The notes beneath the pieces are model-generated. The model saw only the letters and a program-made list of their open reading frames with translations. It was not told the DNA's origin and made no database searches. Positions 27,663-34,383 of a stretch of DNA of 34,383 nt are shown piece after piece (position 1 is the first letter of the stretch; each line of letters opens with the position of its first letter). The stretch spans positions 1 through 34,383 of the forward strand of contig CAWJZV010000019.1 of the NCBI GenBank assembly GCA_963847445.1, read 5' to 3'. Position numbers and translations under genes: made by a program. This DNA comes from an uncultured delta proteobacterium (GTDB lineage Bacteria; Desulfobacterota; Binatia; UBA9968).

Positions 27663-30516
27663 GTGTCGGAGGCGGTTATGTACATTGCTCTGCTCCTGTT
27701 GTTGCTGGCGGTCGGTGGCGCGCTAGTTTTCAACGGCGTCCAACGTGACAGAGCCAAAACGCTCTGGCGCGGATGCCTCGTTCTGCTGCTCACTGGGTTG
27801 TTTTTCGGTGTACTGAGTTTCTGGGGCGAAATGCTTTGGTTCGAAGAATTGGGCCAGAGCTGAGCGGTTTTGGACTGTGGTGCTTTCCCTCGGTGGCTTT
27901 GCCGCGCTCGGCGCGCTCCTGGGCGGCGTCGGGGTTTTCATTCTGACCTTACAGATTCCTGTCCAGACTCCGGTCGCGCGTGTTTGGCCCGCAGTTGCCG
28001 GTGCCCTGAGCGGCGCACTCTGGGGCTGTTGGAATTGGCGAACTATTTTGAATTATGTATACGGCGTCGCCACCGGGATCCGTGATCCTATTCTCCAACG
28101 AGACACCGGCTTTTATCTCTTTACCCTGCCGTTTTACGACAGCCTCTACTGGGGGCTCTTATGGACGGCGACGATTACGCTGGTCGCCGCTGTGTATTTG
28201 GTAGTGCGGACGCAGGGCTTCGATCCGCTGCTAAGTATGTCTTCCGTCAATTCCTCCGAGTCCGGTGGGACAATCTTGGCATATCGTATCTTCTGGCTCC
28301 CCATGGCGGCTACCACCGGTGTGGTGGCTTGGGGGGAGTATCTAAACATTTATCATCTCATGTACTCCAGATGGGGCGTGGTCACAGGCGCGGGCTGGAC
28401 CGACGTACATGTTCGATTACCGGCTTATCAGATCGCTGCCGCCGCTACTTTGTTGTTGGGACTTTTGGCTCTGGTTCCGGCGGTTTACTCCAGACTGGCG
28501 CGGCGATTTCACAGGCTGCGGCTTTTCACCGAGCATGCGGCGTTGATGGCGATCGTTGCTCCCTGGCTCGGTATCTTCACGATTTGGTTCGTGGCGCTCG
28601 GCGCAGCGCCCAGGCTGGCGCAATGGCTACGGGTTCAGCCCAGCGAAATTACTCTCGAAGCGCCCTATATCGCCAACAATATTGAGTTCACCCGTCGCGC
28701 TTTTAAGCTTCATAACATCGAGGAAAGGGCGTTTCCCGTGTCGCCCATTCTTACCCAGGAGACCGTGAACAATAATCAATATCTCCTATCCGAGGTGCGC
28801 CTGTGGGATTGGCGCGCCATCGAGGCGGTCTACAAACAGTTCCAGGAAATCCGCCTCTACTACGAATTCGTTGATGTCGACCTCGACCGTTACCACACGA
28901 GTCGCGGCTACCGCCAGGTCATGGTTTCGGCACGAGAGATGGAGCCGGCCAACCTCCCGGCAGAGAGCCGGACATTTGTCAACCTGAGCTTTAAGTACAC
29001 CCACGGATATGGACTCACCATGGCACCGGTCAGCGACTTTACCGCCAATGGACTGCCGAATTTTTTGATCAAGGACATTCCGCCGCGAACCGATGACGAA
29101 AAACTCCGGGTCACGCGCCCACAAATCTATTTTGGCGAGCGGACACTGTCGCATGTCTTCGTCAACACCAGCGAGGCGGAGTTTGACTATCCTAAAGGCG
29201 ATGAAAACGCCTACACAAATTATTCAGGGTCGGGTGGCGTACGGCTTACCAATCTGTGGCGTAAGTTCCTCTTTGGCTGGAAGTTCGACGGCACCCGGTT
29301 TCTGCTCTCGACCTACCCGACCTTTGACAGCCGCGTGCTGTTTCATCGCGAGATTCGCGAGCGCGTCAAAACCCTCGCCCCGTTTCTTAACTTCGATACC
29401 GATCCTTATGTCGTGCTGGTGGACGGCAACATATATTGGATCATCGATGGCTATACGACATCGACGTACTATCCCTATAGTGAGCCCTTTGCCGGCACCG
29501 AGCAGATGGAAAACCGGCAACCCGATCGCCAACGACAATCGACCCATGGCTCGACCACATCGCTAGCCGGCGCCAACTATGTGCGTAATTCTGTCAAAGC
29601 CGTGGTCGATGCCTTCAACGGATCGGTGACATTTTATGTTTTTGAACCGGAAGATCCTCTCATCCAGGTGTGGCAGCGCATCTTTCCAAAACTCTTCACG
29701 GCCCAGGAGAAGATGCCGGCGGGGTTGCGCGCCCATGTGCGCTACCCGAGAGACCTTCTGCTAACCCAAGGCTTGGTTTTCGCCAAGTATCACATGACCG
29801 ACCCGGCGGTATTTTATAACCAAGAGGACCTGTGGATGCGCGCCACGGAAAAATATTACGCCGCGGTGCAGCCGGTCGAGCCGTACTATGTGATGTGGCA
29901 ACCGCCCGGCGCGAAAACTGCCGAGTTTATTTTGATGCTGCCGTTCACCCCTAAAGACCGTCAGGTGATGATTGGCTGGATCGCGGGAATGTGTGATTCG
30001 GCCAATTACGGGCGGTTGATCGCCTATAAGTTTCCCAAAGAGGAGCGCGTTCTCGGCCCACAACAGGTGGAAACCAAAATCGATCAGGACGGCTTCCTTT
30101 CCGGACAGTTGAGTCTCTGGAACCAGCAAGGATCGCGGGTGATTCGCGGCAACACATTGGTGATTCCCATAGACAATTCCCTCCTGTATGTGGAACCGAT
30201 TTACCTTCAGGCCGAGGCGGCGGCCTATCCCGAACTCCGTATGGTGGTGCTGATGCACGGCGACAATATGAGTTATGCAGAAAGCTTCGATAAAGCGCTC
30301 CAGGGGTTGTTGACCAAAGACGTGAAGCGCCCGTCGCCGCTGCCAGGGCAAAGATTCGCGGGCGAAAAGATTATCTCTAAGGAACAGATCCGCCAGGCGA
30401 AACAGGCCTTCGAGAATTATTTGCGCTTGCAGGGGGAGGGCAGATTTGCTGAGGCCGCTAAGGAGTTGACGCAACTGCGGGAGGCGTTACAGCAACTTGC
30501 TAACCAGATCGAATAA
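27663..30516 (+). CDS. UPF0182 family membrane protein, +1 frameshift at about 27861
   Basis: LWF.ELG/(T)ERFWT junction. DP....D.GFY.F.LPF, G.G.TD, E.PYI..NIEFTR.AF, VRLWD, Q.IR.YY.F.DVD.DRY, YTHGYG, NYVRNSVK.VVDA, YH.TDP..FYN.ED.W and LYVEP.YL. 950 aa when corrected. Confidence 0.93.
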
Positions 30517-30703
30517 CGTCGGTCCCGGCGCGCCGATCGGATCGACAATGAATCCTACTGGCAGTCGGTTTCTTGCAAGGCAGACCGGCGGTAATGTCTG
30601 TCCGTCTGCATCAGCGGGTAGAGTGATCACTGCCGGGCCAAACTGTCGACTAACTTTTTGATTACCCTTACTCCGCCTAATACTCCCGTCGGTAGTGGGT
30701 GCA

Positions 30704-30717
30704 TCGCAGAAATGCGA
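30704..30717. promoter_or_regulatory. Palindrome TCGCA-GAAA-TGCGA, candidate enhancer
   Basis: Same arms as the site at 16069; about 92 nt upstream of the -24 box at 30809. Confidence 0.5.
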
Positions 30718-30808
30718 CTTGGATCGCGGTTTAGTTGCATTCCTGCGAAACCACCTGATCTTTTCTGAACTAGATTCTTATTCTGGCCGCGTGCGGCGGT
30801 CTTGCTTC

Positions 30809-30824
30809 TGGCATGTTGCTTGCG
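30809..30824 (+). promoter_or_regulatory. Sigma54 promoter of the efflux operon
   Basis: TGGCA-TGTTGC-TTGCG, about 30 nt upstream of the ATG at 30855. Confidence 0.8.
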
Positions 30825-30854
30825 GCGTAGCCCTATCAGTTGTGAGAACAATCG

Positions 30855-32216
30855 ATGAGTGGCAGTGAAACTACTTCCGAGGATATCCGCAAGGTTTTGG
30901 GTCTTGGCGAGGCGCCGCAAGGTCGCCGGCGTGCCCGGGTGGCAGTGATAGCGCTGGCACTACTGCTGATGGTGGGGTTGGCGATCTGGTATTCCACGGC
31001 ACGTAACGGTGCTGCGGTTCAGTATCGGACCGCCGAAGTCACACGTGGTGATCTCACTGTGAGTGTTACGGCAACCGGCACCGTGCAACCGGTCAATCAA
31101 GTGGATGTCGGCACCGAGATTTCCGGTACCATCCGGACGGTGGAAGTTGATTACAATGATCGAGTCAAGATCGGTCAGGTACTAGCGCGAATCGACACCG
31201 AGAAGTTACAAGCGCAGGTGCTGCAGTCACAATCCACGTTGGAATCGGCGCAAGCCAAGTTGACCGACGCCCAGGCGACTGTGGTCGAGACGCGCGACAA
31301 TCTGGAGCGCTTCAAGCAGGTGCGCGAGATGAGCGGCGGTCAAGTTCCGTCGCAAAGAGAATTTGATGCCGCATCAGCGCTTCTCAAACGCGCGCAATCG
31401 AATGAGGCGACACTCACGGCCCAGATCTCGGAAGCGAAATGGAAGCTCAGTATCGATCAAACCAATTTGTCCAAAGCCGTCATCCGCTCGCCGATAAACG
31501 GGGTCGTGCTTAAGCGGCAAGTCGAGCCCGGTCAAACGGTGGCGGCGTCGCTGCAAACGCCGGTACTCTTCACCATCGCGGAGAACTTGGCGCAAATGGA
31601 GGTGCAGGTCGACGTCGACGAGGCGGACGTCGCCCAGGTCAAGCTCGGCCAGCAGGCCAGTTTCACCGTCGACGGGTATCCCGGCCGAACCTTTAGCGCC
31701 ATCGACCGGGTCAAGTCAGCCATCGAGCGCTTGATGCGCGAGCGCCGCCATCTCGCGCCCAACGAAGAAAACGATTTCTCGGTCATGGATACGCGGCAGA
31801 TCGCGCAGACGCTGACCGGCACCACGCGCATCCTCACGCTGCTGTTAAGCGCCGTCGCGGCGGTGAGCCTGCTCGTCGGCGGCATCGGCATCATGAACAT
31901 CATGCTGGTGTCGGTTACCGAAAGAACCCGGGAGATCGGCATTCGCCTGGCGATCGGCGCCTTTGAACGCGATGTGCTCACCCAGTTTCTCGTCGAGGCG
32001 ATGGTGCTGGCGTCGTTCGGCGGCTTGTTCGGTATTCTACTGGCGCTCGCCGCCTCCGCTGTGCTCGCCCAGGTTTTGCAGGTCCCTTTGATATTGAATC
32101 CTGGCATCATGATTCTCGCGTTTCTTTTTTCCGGAGCTGTCGGCGTCATCTTCGGTTACGTGCCAGCGCGACGGGCGGCTCGGCTCGATCCCATCGAGGC
32201 GTTGCGCCATGAGTAA
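30855..32216 (+). pseudogene. In-frame chimera of a MacA-like periplasmic adaptor (aa 1-282) and a MacB-like ABC permease C-terminus (last 171 aa)
   Basis: ATGTV.P...V.VG.EISG, IRSPI.GVV, GQTVAAS.Q.P.LF and VDEAD, then an abrupt switch at about 31700 to ENDF.V.D, SLLVGGIGIMNIMLVSVTERTREIGIR.AIGA and [15 protein letters not shown]. Confidence 0.85.
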
Positions 32217-33693
32217 AATCAGAGCCGAGGGCGGAGTTCGAGGCCGAGCTTTATGGGCGCGCAGCGCAGGAGTCATCGTCCGCCCGTTGACGATCATCTG
32301 GATGGTCACAACCATGGCCGGCTGCAGTGCGGTCGGACCCGATTACCAGCCACCCGACATCGCCGCACCGGCGGAATGGAGCCAGGGGTTGCGACGCGGA
32401 TTGAGCGCAACGGCACCCGAGGCGGAAACGCTGGTTCGATGGTGGACCACGCTCGGCGATGCTGATTTGGCGAATCTGATCGAGAGCGCGCGCGCCGGCA
32501 ACGTCGATCTCAAGAGTGCCCAGGCGCGCATCCGTGAAGCGCGGGGGCGGCGCGGTATCGCTGAGAGCGGTTTTTATCCATCGTTCAATCTCGCGGGATC
32601 GGCGAGCGTCAGCCGCAGCAGTGAAGACAGCGGGTCCGGTATGCGTCGCGAGCTTTACCGAACCGGCTTCGATGCGAGCTGGGAAATCGATGTTTTCGGC
32701 GGCGTGCGCCGTTCGGTCGAGGCGGCGCAGGCCGATCTCGATGCGAGTGTCGCGGATTTTCAAGACGTGATGGTAAGTTTGCTTGCCGAGGTTGCTCTCA
32801 ACTACGTCGACGCCCGCACTTTTCAGACGCAGCTCGAGGTCGCCGAAGAAAATCTCAAAACCCAAGCCGAGACCCTGCAACTCACTGAATGGCGCTTCGC
32901 CGCGGGACTGGTCAGCAAGCTCGATGTCGAACAGGCCAAGACCAATCTGGAAAATACCCGGGCGCAGTTGCCGAGAATACGTTCGAATATAGAGGCAGCG
33001 AAAAACCGGCTAGCGATCCTGCTCGGTGCTTTCCCGGGCGCGCTCGAAGCCCAGCTTGCAGCCCGAAAACCGATACCGGAGGCGCCGCTGGACGTGGCGG
33101 TTGGTGTGCCCGCGGAAATGTTGCGCCGCCGCCCGGATGTCAGGCGCGCCGAGCGTCAACTGGCGGCGCAAACGGCGCGCATCGGCGTCGCCACCGCCGA
33201 TCTTTATCCCAAATTCTCATTGCCTGGCTCGATTGGGCTGGAAGCGCTCTCCGCCAACCATCTGTTTTCATCGGCGAACCGGGCGTGGAGCCTGATCGGC
33301 AGCGTCACCTGGACGATCTTCACAGGCGGCGCCATCCGGCAAAACATCGAAGTGCAGAGCGCGCTTCAAGAACAATTTCTATATCAGTATGAGGCGACGA
33401 TACTCACCGCCCTCGAAGAGGTGGGAACTAGCTTGACCGCTTTCGCGGAGGAACAAGAGCGGCGGGATGCCCTTCTGGAAGCTACTCAGGCGGCGCAACG
33501 CGCTGCAGAATTGTCGCGTGATCAATACGCCTCCGGCTTGATCGATTTTCAGACCGTCCTCGATGCCCAGCGATCGGTGCTAACGTCGCAAGAACAGCTC
33601 ACGCAGAGCAGAGGTCAGGTCATGGCTAATCTGATCAGTCTCTATAAAGCTCTCGGCGGCGGCTGGACGCCGCTGGGAGGCGCGCCACCATGA
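32209..33693 (+). CDS. Efflux outer membrane lipoprotein (NodT/TolC family)
   Basis: Lipobox MAGC.VGPDY..P, WW....D..L, ASWEID.FG..RR, RRPDVR.AE and LYKALGGGW. Confidence 0.95.
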   Translation: MSKIRAEGGVRGRALWARSAGVIVRPLTIIWMVTTMAGCSAVGPDYQPPDIAAPAEWSQGLRRGLSATAPEAETLVRWWTTLGDADLANLIESARAGNVDLKSAQARIREARGRRGIAESGFYPSFNLAGSASVSRSSEDSGSGMRRELYRTGFDASWEIDVFGGVRRSVEAAQADLDASVADFQDVMVSLLAEVALNYVDARTFQTQLEVAEENLKTQAETLQLTEWRFAAGLVSKLDVEQAKTNLENTRAQLPRIRSNIEAAKNRLAILLGAFPGALEAQLAARKPIPEAPLDVAVGVPAEMLRRRPDVRRAERQLAAQTARIGVATADLYPKFSLPGSIGLEALSANHLFSSANRAWSLIGSVTWTIFTGGAIRQNIEVQSALQEQFLYQYEATILTALEEVGTSLTAFAEEQERRDALLEATQAAQRAAELSRDQYASGLIDFQTVLDAQRSVLTSQEQLTQSRGQVMANLISLYKALGGGWTPLGGAPP

Positions 33694-34295
33694 AGCGCGG
33701 AAAGTGCGGACAGTTTGTGGTTCATGAACACCACGGCTCGCGCCTCCACTATGATTTTCGTCTGGAGATCGACGGAGTCTTAAAGTCTTGGGCGATACCC
33801 AAAGGTCCATCGATGAATCCTCACGACAAACGGCTGGCCATCGCCGTGGCAGACCATTCACTCGAGTACGGGGATTTTGAGGGCATGATTCCCAAGTTCA
33901 GTTATGGCGCCGGCGAAGTTGTGATTTGGGACGCCGGTGAATTTGTACCATTAAATCTAAACATTCCTCGCAGCTTGCTGCGGGCACCAGCAACTGGGGG
34001 ATCCAAAGGGGGCGAGCATCCCCTTGGTCGCGTGCTGGGTTAAGACCCCGTGCGCGAAATGGCTTGTTTATTGATCCCGCGCGAGGGTGGGAACAAGGAC
34101 GGTTAGCGTTTCATTTGCAGGGAAGGCGCCTGAACGGCGAGTTTGCCTTGGTGCGGTTTACCGGCAAGCATAAGGAGTGGTTACTGCTGAAAAAAAAAGA
34201 TACCGACTGACGCCAGCTGGAAGCTGGAACGGGCTTTGACGCCTTCCCGGCGCAAAGTCTTGACGCAACAGGTTCCACGCCGCAAGACTTCCTAA
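33690..34295 (+). pseudogene. Stand-alone LigD 3'-phosphoesterase domain gene, interrupted by an insertion and a late frameshift
   Basis: FVVHEH...[23 protein letters not shown]...Y..FEG.I and YGAG.V.IWD.G. After the insertion, another frame continues DPARGWEQGRL.F.L.G.RL.G.F.LV...EWLL.KKKD, and a third frame runs to TAA at 34295. Confidence 0.85.
33958..34070. mobile_element. 113-bp non-coding hairpin-rich insertion (MITE/REP-like)
   Basis: Ends TAAACA...TGTTTA; three internal stems; excision restores the reading frame (EFVPLNLDPARG). Confidence 0.65.
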
Positions 34296-34383
34296 TCGAG
34301 TCCTAATGTGGTTTTTCGCCCAGCGGCATCGGATCGAACGTCGGTAGGAGAATGGCATGTGTCAGTCCGGAGTTAGCAAAGGC

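Noticed and set aside
29761-30474. Long antisense ORFs (this one, and others such as 31532..32149, 32251..32880, 14050..14613 and 3661..4182)
   Set aside because: Shadows of well-supported genes in GC-rich DNA.

Overview
This is a bacterial, moderately GC-rich accessory island of short operons, with no rRNA, tRNA, CRISPR or transposase visible. The minus strand from 352 to 5883 carries an operon of hypothetical protein, Hsp20, Lon, prs and CapA. An archaeal-type SAM synthetase follows. Next is a complete-order oxidative ornithine degradation operon (ord-ortA-ortB-oraS-oraE-orr). It lacks the oraF and nhaC of the clostridial cluster and ends instead in alanine racemase and an exported alpha/beta hydrolase. 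Then come an orphan CheR, FBP aldolase/phosphatase, two ZIP transporter genes (one internally deleted), lipoproteins, a nucleotidyltransferase, a receiver protein, a PAS histidine kinase with a NarL-type regulator, a UPF0182 protein, a MacA/MacB deletion chimera with a NodT-type outer membrane protein, and an interrupted LigD phosphoesterase gene. The main signal outside the ORF track is regulatory. Nine transcription units each have a correctly oriented sigma54 -24/-12 motif, and three also have a TCGCA-N4-TGCGA-type palindrome upstream. This suggests one sigma54-controlled anoxia/stress regulon whose activator lies outside the window. Seven frameshifts, three in-frame internal deletions, a gene relic and a 113-bp hairpin insertion indicate decay, sequencing error, or both. 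All calls come from reading motifs by eye; no database searches were run.
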